A DNA stretch of 55,164 nt, from the IMG/VR virus record IMGVR_UViG_3300046816_000301, positions 1 through 55,164 of that record; one strand, 5' to 3'. This DNA is from a virus (taxonomy: Duplodnaviria; Caudoviricetes). Below the pieces are notes generated by a model. It ran no database searches and had not been told where the DNA came from. It saw nothing but the letters and a program-made list of their open reading frames with translations. Both the position numbers and the translations under genes were made by a program. Shown here in pieces: positions 8,381 to 16,815 of this stretch; positions within the stretch are counted from its first letter, which is position 1; the number at the start of each line of letters is the position of its first letter.

Positions 8381-8686
8381 CTACAAAACTTTGTCGTGTG
8401 CCGGGACGTACATAATGTCGCAGGGTTCGTAGTCGTCGCCGCCGGCGCCGCAGTCGCGGCACCCACCGACCGAGTCGTCGCTGTCGGTGCACCATTTCTG
8501 CTTCCTGATATTCCAGAAAGCGGAGGCGTCAACTATCTTGACGCGAGCGCTGCCACAGGTGCCGCAGACCGCGAGCATTATCTCCCGCTCGCTCCCGTGC
8601 GCCTGCGCACTGCTCAGCGCACTTCGCTCGTCGCCGTCCGGCGATGACGCCGGAGGCGGAAAGATATTGTCCTCCCTGTCGTCCAT
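8381..8686 (-). CDS. Small zinc-ribbon protein (alternative start 8578)
   Basis: CGTCGS...CRDCG. ATG 8578 is preceded by GGGAGA supplied by a repeat copy. Confidence 0.6.
   Translation of the reverse strand: MDDREDNIFPPPASSPDGDERSALSSAQAHGSEREIMLAVCGTCGSARVKIVDASAFWNIRKQKWCTDSDDSVGGCRDCGAGGDDYEPCDIMYVPAHDKVL
8581..8629 (-). repeat. Structured repeat S copy D
   Basis: GAGCGAAG-tgcgct-GAGCAGTGCGCA-ggcgca-CGGGAGCGAGCGGGAGA. Confidence 0.9.
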
Positions 8687-8987
8687 GCGTTTTTTCCTGC
8701 ATATAGGTTTTATAGATAGGTAGCTTAGCTTACGATGTTCCCTGTAGAATGCCAACGCAATAAGGCGTGAATTTAGGTTCGTAATATACATAAAATGCTA
8801 GTTATTACGAAATTTAATAACCTCGAATTTTAACCACGACGAAACGTAGCATTTTAGTGACTTCGGAAATTTATCATTCTCGTGGCGACGCGTTACGTGG
8901 GCGCCCGGCCTGGCCGGCCCCCCTTGGACAGCTACCCCCCGGGGGCCTGGCCGTGCCTTGGCCGGTGACAGAAAGCGGTGACAGAAA

Positions 8988-9002
8988 ACCCTACCGTAGG
9001 GA
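8988..9002. repeat. Palindrome P copy (upstream of gene 9070)
   Basis: ACCCTACCGTAGGGA. Confidence 0.95.
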
Positions 9003-9069
9003 ATTTGGGCAGAAACTATCGGATGACACAGTAGTGAGGGTTCCCCTCGTTTTCATAGGAGATACTAAA

Positions 9070-9867
9070 GTGAGTGAGAAGAAATTGACTGGAAAGCTGT
9101 TGGTCGCCGATATTGTCGGGAAGCAAATCGCAACTCTTGAAGACGTTTACGCTGACGTGAACGTTGCGACCGATGGTCTTAGTGTCGCCAACAAGGCAGC
9201 ATCCGCCGAGCGCCGCACCATAATGGATAACTGCGCTGCACTCGCACTTACGCACAACTTCACGGCTGAGGAAATAAAGCTTGGCGTAGAGGCAGCAATC
9301 ACCAGCTACAAGGGCAATGCGCTGGCACAAAAGACGCTCGACAACATCAAGAGCGAACTTAAGTCCGTAATGCATCCAAACGTTCGAGCCAAGCTGCCAG
9401 AACTACGCAAACTTGCGAAGAGCGTCATCGCCGATAAGACGCGGTATGCCGATCTTGCTGACGCATTTAGCGGCAGGGAAGATTTCATCGTGGCACGCGT
9501 TGCGGCTGACGCTGCCAAAGCGCGCCACGATTTGAAGGAACCGCCAGTCACAGTTGAGGGTCTACGGTCGCTTGTGACCAAACGTGACACGGCACGTTCG
9601 CAAAGCATCCCGCGCGTAAAGGGTAAGCTGAAGACGATGATAACCATCTGCAACGAGGCGGAAGCTATCCTTAAGCTGCCGCAGTTCGCCAAGATCCGAG
9701 TACTATGCGAAGCGTTGAACGATGACGCTACCCTAAAGGCGGCGCTCGCCAAATACATAACGGAAACGAAAAACGCCAGCAACCTGCGCGGCGCGAACGG
9801 CAAGGAAAAGGCCGCACCTGCGGAAGGCGCGAGTGATATGGATGACGTGCTAAACGACGCGGCCTAG
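9070..9867 (+). CDS. Hypothetical helical protein, monocistronic (likely GTG start 9070)
   Basis: AGGAGA RBS before GTG at 9070 within ORF 8857..9867; followed by two terminators. Confidence 0.75.
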   Translation: MSEKKLTGKLLVADIVGKQIATLEDVYADVNVATDGLSVANKAASAERRTIMDNCAALALTHNFTAEEIKLGVEAAITSYKGNALAQKTLDNIKSELKSVMHPNVRAKLPELRKLAKSVIADKTRYADLADAFSGREDFIVARVAADAAKARHDLKEPPVTVEGLRSLVTKRDTARSQSIPRVKGKLKTMITICNEAEAILKLPQFAKIRVLCEALNDDATLKAALAKYITETKNASNLRGANGKEKAAPAEGASDMDDVLNDAA

Positions 9868-9892
9868 CAAACCGCACTACCTACACCTACCC

Positions 9893-9921
9893 TGCCCCCA
9901 GTGAAAACTGGGGGCATTTTT
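9893..9921 (+). terminator. Intrinsic terminator
   Basis: TGCCCCCAGT-GAAA-ACTGGGGGCA-TTTTT. Confidence 0.9.
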
Positions 9922-9966
9922 GCGTTTAAAACGCAACGGTATCGTGGCGTTGATAAACCATCTAGG

Positions 9967-9995
9967 AAGGCCGCCAGTGCGGCCTTTTGTGTTTT
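9967..9995 (+). terminator. Second intrinsic terminator
   Basis: AAGGCCGC-CAGT-GCGGCCTT-TTGTGTTTT. Confidence 0.7.
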
Positions 9996-10095
9996 GGCTA
10001 GGGAGGTACCTGCGACACGCTAGACCCTACTCACGCGCCACGAGGCGCCGGCGCTGGCCTATTCTACGCGTGACCCATGCCCTACAAGTCCTATA

Positions 10096-10135
10096 GACGC
10101 CCTGCCGACGCCGTGCCGACGCCGTGCCGACACGG
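10096..10135. repeat. Short tandem repeat, 11-bp unit TGCCGACGCCG x3
   Basis: gacgccc-tgccgacgccg-tgccgacgccg-tgccgacacgg. Confidence 0.75.
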
Positions 10136-10635
10136 TGTAAGTAACACAGCGCAAGTGTCACTCCAAAAACCTACACTGTCACGTCGCAGTAGTTGGGAAA
10201 CTAGATAGTAATTCGCCACTACGAGGGTATAACATACTGATAACGCGTAATCTTACGCGTTCCGCCGAAACGCGAGCGATGGAAGAGAGCTGAATTAGTC
10301 CGCACGTTTTACGATAGGACGCGGCGCCGTACCCGACAATTTTATCCGTAAGACGCGAACTAGGGGCAAACACGGGGTATAAACCGCTGATATTTATATA
10401 TATTATTTTAAGACTATTATTATTATTATACTAACTCGGTTTGACGATACGTGGATTTAGTCGATTTCCTAATTGCTATGGTCGCCGTCGATGTCTCTTT
10501 ATGTACCCCTATCTTTCCGGTTTAGATTAATAGAGTAGGTACTAATAGAAAAACATTGTTTGTTATGAATGGTTTAAACCCCCGGCATTATTCTAGGATG
10601 CTGACATTGCGACGCTGAATTTGCTACCCACAAAA

Positions 10636-10650
10636 TCCCTACGGTAGGGA
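10636..10650. repeat. Palindrome P copy (abuts first iteron)
   Basis: TCCCTACGGTAGGGA. Confidence 0.95.
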
Positions 10651-10651
10651 A

Positions 10652-10899
10652 TGACCCCTATTTGGCGCTTAGCCGCTACCATAAAAATATTATTTCTATA
10701 AAGTGACCCCTATTTGGCGGATGCTATCGTCGAAAGTGACCCCTATTTGGCGGATGCGAGTGTGAAAGTGACCCCTATTTGGAGCGTGCGATGTCGAGTG
10801 TGACCCCTCAATCGTCGCGTATCAAGATCACTTTGACCCCTATTTTGGAGCGTAGGGTCCGCGACACGCAGATTGCAGCCGGAAATGTGACCCCTTTTT
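10652..10899 (+). repeat. Seven iteron-like direct repeats TGACCCCT(ATTTGG) beside an AT-rich tract; candidate origin or packaging site
   Basis: Cores start at 10652, 10704, 10737, 10769, 10801, 10834 and 10888; AT-rich DNA at ~10380-10620. Confidence 0.85.
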
Positions 10900-10974
10900 C
10901 GCGCTTCATCGTGCATCTGATCGAGCGCGGACTGGATCAGCTCGACGCGGAATTGATAGGAGAGGAGCAAACGG

Positions 10975-11169
10975 ATGAGCAAGAGGAAGCGTAAACGCAC
11001 CGTAAAAACATCCACCGTAGAAATAGGTATGTGGTCGAGACCGGGGTTCCGTCGAGTGGAACCCCTGTCTTCACCGCTCGCAGGTACCTTAGACTACGAT
11101 CAGCTCGGCCGTCACCGTCATACACTAAACGAACTACGTGACCGGAGGAAAGGTTATGTCACTTACTAA
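10975..11169 (+). CDS. Hypothetical basic protein
   Basis: GAGGAG RBS; 64 aa. Confidence 0.5.
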   Translation: MSKRKRKRTVKTSTVEIGMWSRPGFRRVEPLSSPLAGTLDYDQLGRHRHTLNELRDRRKGYVTY

Positions 11170-11413
11170 GCTGACCGTAATGCAAGAGGTCGTGTTACAC
11201 CGCGACGTGAGCCTAGCGCTGCGCTCGACGCTGCGCGACTGCGAGAACGGTATGCCGGAAGAGTTGGTAGTAAACTCGCTCGCGCTTAATAATGTCCCGG
11301 TCGAGATCACGCGCGGCGTGATCGCGTTGCTTCTTAATGCTGAGTGGATCGCCCGTCGAGATGGGCGCTTGTACTATGTGAGTTACGACGAAACAAAGGA
11401 TCAAAAACTATGA
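11156..11413 (+). CDS. Hypothetical small protein (wHTH-like pattern)
   Basis: GGAGGA RBS upstream of ATG 11156; ends in L...EWI.RRDGRLYY. Confidence 0.55.
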   Translation: MSLTKLTVMQEVVLHRDVSLALRSTLRDCENGMPEELVVNSLALNNVPVEITRGVIALLLNAEWIARRDGRLYYVSYDETKDQKL

Positions 11414-11449
11414 CCGATCAGAGGTATACTTGGTAAAACAAAGTAATAC

Positions 11450-11478
11450 TTGACATTTACAATAACGTGTGGTATAAT
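11450..11478 (+). promoter_or_regulatory. Consensus sigma70 early promoter
   Basis: TTGACA (11450-55), 17 bp, TATAAT (11473-78), with extended -10 TG and an AT-rich upstream element. Confidence 0.92.
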
Positions 11479-11505
11479 CAAAATAAAACCCAAGTAACCG
11501 CAAAT

Positions 11506-11520
11506 TCCCTACTGTAGGGA
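11506..11520. repeat. Palindrome P copy (downstream of sigma70 promoter)
   Basis: TCCCTACTGTAGGGA. Confidence 0.95.
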
Positions 11521-11776
11521 AAATCTTTAGGAGAGTAGAAATGGACGAGTTGAACATGACAGACTGTCGAGTTTGAGATGACCGACACAATGGAAAACTT
11601 CCTTGCCGATCTTCGTTTCATTCTGTCAACGCGCGGTGCTTTGCGGCATCAGCCGCTTGTGCGCAGCCATTTCTGGCGTCGGCTCGAAGAATTGCGCGGG
11701 CGAGCGGCTTTTCGATAAAACCGCAGTCGCGGCCAAGGTGGGCGCGCGCTGTAACCCTTAACCAAGGAGAGACTAA

Positions 11777-12073
11777 ATGACTGAGTATGTTTCCGAGTTC
11801 GGCAAACGGTGGGACGCTCGTGTCCCGCGAGGTGATATTCACTGGTACATGGGTCGCGTCCACGTCGCCACGTCCGACGAAGACGTCGCGGCCGATATCC
11901 GCAAGCGCTGTACCGCGCCGGGTTTCACCGAGACGCTTATCAAGGCGTCGATCAGGTATGCGCTCGTGTGTCACAAGCGCAATCGTCAGCTATACCACTA
12001 CGTCGCCCATCCGCGTGGCGACGCAGAGCTGCGCCACAACATGGACCGTTGGCAGAGGGAGCTAAAGCGGTGA
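11777..12073 (+). CDS. Hypothetical early protein
   Basis: AAGGAG RBS; 98 aa. Confidence 0.7.
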   Translation: MTEYVSEFGKRWDARVPRGDIHWYMGRVHVATSDEDVAADIRKRCTAPGFTETLIKASIRYALVCHKRNRQLYHYVAHPRGDAELRHNMDRWQRELKR

Positions 12074-12264
12074 AGAAACTGCACTGTGAAGCTCGCTCGG
12101 CTCCACTGGCTGAGCCTGTCGGGTTGTGTAAGCGCGGCAGCGTGTTTACGACGATCACCCGTCGCGCGTTCGACCGTGTCGTGCCGGCGCGAGCGTGCGC
12201 GAAGTGCAGCTACCAGCTGCGCAAGCTCAAGCGCGGTGCTACCGCGCCCACTTGGTACAGATAA
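12070..12264 (+). CDS. Hypothetical Cys-containing protein
   Basis: GTGA overlap with the previous gene; CAKC motif. Confidence 0.5.
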   Translation: MKKLHCEARSAPLAEPVGLCKRGSVFTTITRRAFDRVVPARACAKCSYQLRKLKRGATAPTWYR

Positions 12265-12278
12265 TATAGGAGTGATAG

Positions 12279-12500
12279 ATGTCTGAATTGTTCGTAGGTA
12301 TCATGTTCGTCGGGTCGTGGGTGTTCTTCGCGGCGATAACAGAACCGCCGTGGGTAGGCGTGTTCCTCATCGGGTTGGCATCGTGCGGCGGGCTGTACGG
12401 TCTCGCCAACCACGTCGACGCATCTGCTTGGCAAGCGTGGGGCGGCATCATGCTGCTCGGCGTCGTCATCCTGATCGGCCAATACAAATACGGCCGTTAA
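12279..12500 (+). CDS. Small membrane protein
   Basis: AGGAG RBS; three hydrophobic stretches. Confidence 0.65.
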   Translation: MSELFVGIMFVGSWVFFAAITEPPWVGVFLIGLASCGGLYGLANHVDASAWQAWGGIMLLGVVILIGQYKYGR

Positions 12501-12504
12501 ACCC

Positions 12505-12521
12505 GTCCCTACCGTAGGGAC
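12505..12521. repeat. Palindrome P copy (intergenic)
   Basis: GTCCCTACCGTAGGGAC followed by TTTTT. Confidence 0.95.
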
Positions 12522-12539
12522 TTTTTAGGAGCATGAAAA

Positions 12540-12719
12540 ATGGCACGTTATGAGGTTCGGGTTGTCTATCGCGGTCTGTCTAACTTCATCGTCGAGGCCG
12601 CGACGCCGGAAGAGGCCAAGGAGAAGGCACGGGAGATGTTCAACAACGGCGAGGAGGCGCCGGTGCTCGGCAACGAGTGGGAAGAGATCGACACCGTTCA
12701 CATGCCTATCCAGATCTAA
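12540..12719 (+). CDS. Hypothetical 59-aa protein (below ORF-track cutoff)
   Basis: Hand translation MARYEVRVVYRGLSNFIVEAATPEEAKEKAREMF...; AGGAG RBS; VEA..PEEA..KA pattern common in small phage proteins. Confidence 0.65.
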   Translation: MARYEVRVVYRGLSNFIVEAATPEEAKEKAREMFNNGEEAPVLGNEWEEIDTVHMPIQI

Positions 12720-12736
12720 ACTCAGGAGAACTTCAA

Positions 12737-13993
12737 ATGAACTTATCAGAAGCAAAACAGGTGATGCTGCGCACCCACATCGGCGCGATCGAGCATGAGC
12801 TGCGAGCGGTCTCCATCACGATGGAGAGCATGCCTGGCGTGGGTAAGAGCGAGGCGCTCTTCCAGTACGCGCAGATGCTCGCGCACCGCCTCAACGAACC
12901 CGTCGGGGTCGTTGTCTGCATGCTCGCGTCCATCAGCTCGGCCGATGTTCGCGGGTTCATGATCCCCATGCGTGGATCTCCACCCAAGAGCGTGTTCTCG
13001 CTCCCGCCGTGGTACCCCACCAACGACGAAGAGGAGGTGGACGGGGAGGTCACAACCAAATCGGTGAACTACTGGGTGATTGACCCGTCGGGTCAGTGGT
13101 ACCGCGAAAGCGGTTGGCACGACGCGATGCCCGAGACGGGGATCGTGTTCCTCGACGAGTGGGGCCAGGCCGAGGAGGACGTCAAGAAGCCCGCAGCTGA
13201 ACTCCAGCTTAATGGGAACGTCGGGACCCACCGGCTCCCCATCAAGTGGCGCGTCGTCGCCGCGCAGAACCGCACGAGCGACCGCTCGGGTGTCATGCGT
13301 GAGATGATGCACATTATTAATAGGAGGATGTTGTTAAAAATAGATAGCTCCGTCCCGACGTGGCTGCAGTGGACCGACGAGCAGGTGGGCTTTATGCGGC
13401 CACACTTTATGACCGTCGCGTTCGCGAGACAAAATCCCGATATTGTCTTCAGGGACTCAGTTCCTGATGGCACCGATCCCTACTGCACACCTAGAACACT
13501 GTGCATGATGGATCGCACGTTGAGGATGTTGGTGGAGTACGAGCCTCGCAGGCTCGATCCTTCGGGAAGCTCGGCGAGCAGTGCGCAGCCGAGCGGGAGC
13601 GAGTGGGAAAAAGAACTCCCCACTGATGATATAGCGAGGGAGTGCGCAGCGGGATTGATCGGCGGCGCGGCCGCCGGTCAGTTCATGACCTTCCTCAAGT
13701 ACTTCGACCTCCTGCCCACGATCGAGGAGATCATAGATGATCCGAGTGAGGCAAAACTCCCGTCGGGTCACGACGCCCAGATGGTCGCGGCGTTTATGCT
13801 AGCTCATCATATTGATGAGCAGAACGCCGATCCGTTCCTGAAGTACATTTTCAGGATGGTCCCCGAGATGCAGATACTCAGCGTGCAGATCGTCAACGCC
13901 GATCCCAAGCGGGCGCAGTTTTTGTATCCGCTGCCGGGGTTCCAGCGCTTCCTCACCCAGCACAAAGATCTGCTGGTCGGGAGTTACATGTGA
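12737..13993 (+). CDS. MoxR-like AAA+ ATPase
   Basis: Walker A SMPGVGKS, Walker B IVFLDEW, sensor VVAAQNR, TPRT; AGGAG RBS before ATG 12737. Confidence 0.88.
   Translation: MNLSEAKQVMLRTHIGAIEHELRAVSITMESMPGVGKSEALFQYAQMLAHRLNEPVGVVVCMLASISSADVRGFMIPMRGSPPKSVFSLPPWYPTNDEEEVDGEVTTKSVNYWVIDPSGQWYRESGWHDAMPETGIVFLDEWGQAEEDVKKPAAELQLNGNVGTHRLPIKWRVVAAQNRTSDRSGVMREMMHIINRRMLLKIDSSVPTWLQWTDEQVGFMRPHFMTVAFARQNPDIVFRDSVPDGTDPYCTPRTLCMMDRTLRMLVEYEPRRLDPSGSSASSAQPSGSEWEKELPTDDIARECAAGLIGGAAAGQFMTFLKYFDLLPTIEEIIDDPSEAKLPSGHDAQMVAAFMLAHHIDEQNADPFLKYIFRMVPEMQILSVQIVNADPKRAQFLYPLPGFQRFLTQHKDLLVGSYM
13563..13608 (+). repeat. Structured repeat S copy E (inside AAA+ gene)
   Basis: CGGGAAG-ctcggc-GAGCAGTGCGCA-gccgag-CGGGAGCGAGTGGGA. 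Confidence 0.9.
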
Positions 13994-14097
13994 TCGAGCA
14001 TCGATCGCATGTCCCGCCATGCGTTTCCCCGATCAGGGGATACGTTGATCGGAAGCTACATGTAGCTTAACGTGTATCAAATATAGGAGCTGTAGAA

Positions 14098-15012
14098 ATG
14101 AACGATTTAGATGTGACGACGGCCCTGCGTCAGGCAGGCATGCTCGCGGATGTGAGCATCAGTACGTGGGGAGGTACACGTACTGATAATGGGTTACTCA
14201 ACGAGGTCAAGCGCCAGCACAACGCCCACGGCGACGTGGGGCGCATGATGAAGAACCTACTGGCCGGGCACGATGCTAGATTAAAAGCCGCCAGGGGCGC
14301 CTACAACGCGGTCAGGCAGCGCTATTACGAGCTGACCCTGCCGTGGACCTCGGACCCTCATGCCTTGCGGCAAACAGGCCCGCGCCTGTTGACGTTCCCG
14401 CTCTTCGACAACTTCATGAAGGAGATGGCGGCAGCCAAGCGCGTCGCGTTCGACGCTAGAGATACGTTTGTCGAGCACTACGACGAGGACGCCGAGGCGG
14501 CGAGGGGTAATTTGGGTGGGTTGGTTCTCGAGACGGAATATCCGTCTCGAGACGAAGTCAGTGCTGCGTTCCGCATCCACTTCGACATTGAGCCTATCCC
14601 CGAAAGCTCTACCTTTCGGGGGCTTCCGGACCTCGCGCTGAACTCCCTTAAGAAAAACCTCGACAAGAAGCGCGAGGCACAGGTGAAGGCAGCCCAAAGC
14701 GCAGCTTGGGCTGAGTCACGGGAGCGCGTCGAGCATCTTATTAAGCGCCTCACCGAAGCGCCGGTGCCTACTGCACCGGACAAATCCCCGCGCTTTAAAA
14801 ACTCCACGGTCGAGAACGTGCGCGAGTTACTTGAACTTCTCCCTGGCTGGAACATTACCGACAATCCGCTGGTTGCGGATATCGTCGGCGATCTGAAGCA
14901 AATGCTTCAGAACGTGACGGCCGAGTCCCTACGTAGGGACGACGCGCTGCGCGCTGCTACTGCGCAGAATGCGCAGAGCGTGATTGATAAGATGAAGGGA
15001 TGGGGTATGTGA
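14098..15012 (+). CDS. Conserved helical phage protein (DUF3150-like) of the AAA/vWA cassette
   Basis: YELTLPW...GPRLL and YPSRDEVSAAF motifs; lies between the AAA+ and vWA genes. Confidence 0.6.
   Translation: MNDLDVTTALRQAGMLADVSISTWGGTRTDNGLLNEVKRQHNAHGDVGRMMKNLLAGHDARLKAARGAYNAVRQRYYELTLPWTSDPHALRQTGPRLLTFPLFDNFMKEMAAAKRVAFDARDTFVEHYDEDAEAARGNLGGLVLETEYPSRDEVSAAFRIHFDIEPIPESSTFRGLPDLALNSLKKNLDKKREAQVKAAQSAAWAESRERVEHLIKRLTEAPVPTAPDKSPRFKNSTVENVRELLELLPGWNITDNPLVADIVGDLKQMLQNVTAESLRRDDALRAATAQNAQSVIDKMKGWGM
14925..14940. repeat. Palindrome P copy, no spacer (in CDS)
   Basis: GTCCCTACGTAGGGAC, encodes SLRRD. Confidence 0.95.
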
Positions 15013-15401
15013 GAATAACATCGTCGAGTTACGCGATGCAGTGGTGGGAAACCTTAACCGAAGGAGGTTTACCAAGGTTCTACATCTTCTGCTCGAACCC
15101 TTCGACAATGTCGAAGGGTTACCGCGCCACGTACCAGCACATCAACGTGGTCGAGCTTAAACCTACCACCAAAGACCTCCCGCGCTCCGTCAGGAGCGCG
15201 GGGGTGAAGCAAGTACTATTACACACCGTGCCCCTGCATCTCGACACGCAGGGGCGGCGGGTGTGGGAGAGAGCTGAACGTGTCGTGAGTAAGCTAAACT
15301 CGATGACGCTCTCGGTGCTTGCACACGAGAACGAGCGCAAGGGTATAAGTGAGCTGTTCGCTCACTTATGGTCCGAGGATGTTGAGAACAACTCTTGTTA
15401 G
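15009..15401 (+). CDS. Hypothetical protein
   Basis: ORF filling the operon gap; GTGA overlap at 15009. Confidence 0.55.
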   Translation: MRITSSSYAMQWWETLTEGGLPRFYIFCSNPSTMSKGYRATYQHINVVELKPTTKDLPRSVRSAGVKQVLLHTVPLHLDTQGRRVWERAERVVSKLNSMTLSVLAHENERKGISELFAHLWSEDVENNSC

Positions 15402-15412
15402 GAGATAAATAA

Positions 15413-16693
15413 ATGAACCGCTTACCAAACAAGCTTGAGCTTACGGATGCTCAAGAACGTCAGATGACCGAGGCGCGCGTCGCGTTCATGCGGGCGTGCG
15501 CGTTCTTCGGGTACTACTATTGGGACAAGATGGTCGAGTGGCCCACCGACGAGGTGGCCACGGCGGCCACCGATGGCAAGAGGATTATGTTCAACCCCGC
15601 CTATTTGGCGGGGTTGAAACCTCAGGAGCGGTGCTTTGTGCTGGCGCACGAGGTGTATCACACGATCCTGCGGCATCCGCAGAGGATGGCCACGTACCGC
15701 AAGACAGGTAAGGTACGCGGGTTACCTTATGATGCGCAGCTGTTTAATATCGCCGCCGACTACGTGATCAACGACATGCTGGTAAAAAATCATATCGGGT
15801 TGTGTAACCCGAGCTGGCTGCACGATCCGCAGTATACCGAGCAGATGTCGGTCGAGGACGTCTACGAGAAGCTTTACAAGAAACTTCCACCACCTCCGGG
15901 CGGGGGCGGCGAAGCGGAGCGGGGAGATAAACCCAAGACGCGCGGCGAGACACATAGGGGAGGGAAACCTGATCCGCAAGCGCAGGAGGGCAGGTTCGAT
16001 ACGGTTCATGAACCCTACCAAGATCCCGCGACGGGGCGCGAGGATGCTCCGGGCGAGACCGAGTTCCGCGAGGCGATAGCCAAAGCGGTCGCGGCAGCGA
16101 AAGCCGTAGGGACGCTGCCCGGTTCGTTACAACGAACCGTGGACGAGATCATGGAGCCGCAAATTGATTGGAAGGAGCACATACGCATGGAGCTGACCGG
16201 CAAGCTGGGAGCCAGGCGCGAGACCTGGGACCGGCCCAACCGGCGCCGGCTGGTGCTTAATCCCATAATCTATCTTCCTGGGAAGAAAGGTTATGGGGTG
16301 GAGCTGGTGTGCGTTGCAATCGACAGCTCGGGTTCGATCGGCGAGGCGGAGTACTCGGCGTTCTTCGCCGAGACGGCAGCCGTCCTCAGTGACTGCCGGC
16401 CGCGCGAGGTTATGATGATATGGTGCGACGCGCGAGTTCAACGTGTTGAACGAGCACGCTCGCTCGACGAGCTAGAGGCAATACGGGTATCACCGACACC
16501 AGGCGGCGGGGGGACGAGCTTTATCCCACCCTTTGAATATCTTGCAGAGCAAGATGTGAGACCAGATACCCTCGTGTATCTTACCGACATGATGGGTCCG
16601 TTCCCGCAAGCTAAACCAAACTACCCGGTAATTTGGTGCAAGACCACGGACTACAAGGCGCCGTGGGGTGAGGAGGTGCGCATCACGATCTGA
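15413..16693 (+). CDS. Metallopeptidase-like (HExxH) plus vWA domain protein (DUF2201 type)
   Basis: TAATDG, LAHEVYH, NIAADYVIN; MIDAS-like IDSSGSI, GGGGTSF, YLTD. Confidence 0.9.
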   Translation: MNRLPNKLELTDAQERQMTEARVAFMRACAFFGYYYWDKMVEWPTDEVATAATDGKRIMFNPAYLAGLKPQERCFVLAHEVYHTILRHPQRMATYRKTGKVRGLPYDAQLFNIAADYVINDMLVKNHIGLCNPSWLHDPQYTEQMSVEDVYEKLYKKLPPPPGGGGEAERGDKPKTRGETHRGGKPDPQAQEGRFDTVHEPYQDPATGREDAPGETEFREAIAKAVAAAKAVGTLPGSLQRTVDEIMEPQIDWKEHIRMELTGKLGARRETWDRPNRRRLVLNPIIYLPGKKGYGVELVCVAIDSSGSIGEAEYSAFFAETAAVLSDCRPREVMMIWCDARVQRVERARSLDELEAIRVSPTPGGGGTSFIPPFEYLAEQDVRPDTLVYLTDMMGPFPQAKPNYPVIWCKTTDYKAPWGEEVRITI

Positions 16694-16741
16694 GGAGTTT
16701 GCGTCACGGCGGGCTTGACCTTGCCTATCGCGCAAATGCCA

Positions 16742-16771
16742 GCCGGGACGGTGGTGCACCACCGTCCCGGC
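16742..16771. repeat. Perfect 30-bp palindrome
   Basis: GCCGGGACGGTGGTG|CACCACCGTCCCGGC. Confidence 0.9.
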
Positions 16772-16815
16772 CCAAGCGCTTTAAGGTTCCCTCTACCCCC
16801 AGCAGGGAGAACCAC

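Noticed and set aside
10441-10470. TTGACG (10441) and TTGACC (~16715) as additional sigma70 promoters
   Set aside because: No acceptable -10 box at 16-18 bp.
10652-10899. CRISPR array interpretation of the ~32-bp periodic repeats
   Set aside because: Repeats are short (8-22 bp) and degenerate, spacers are only ~10-20 bp, and there is no cas operon. The Cas4-like nuclease is an ordinary phage exonuclease 10 kb away.
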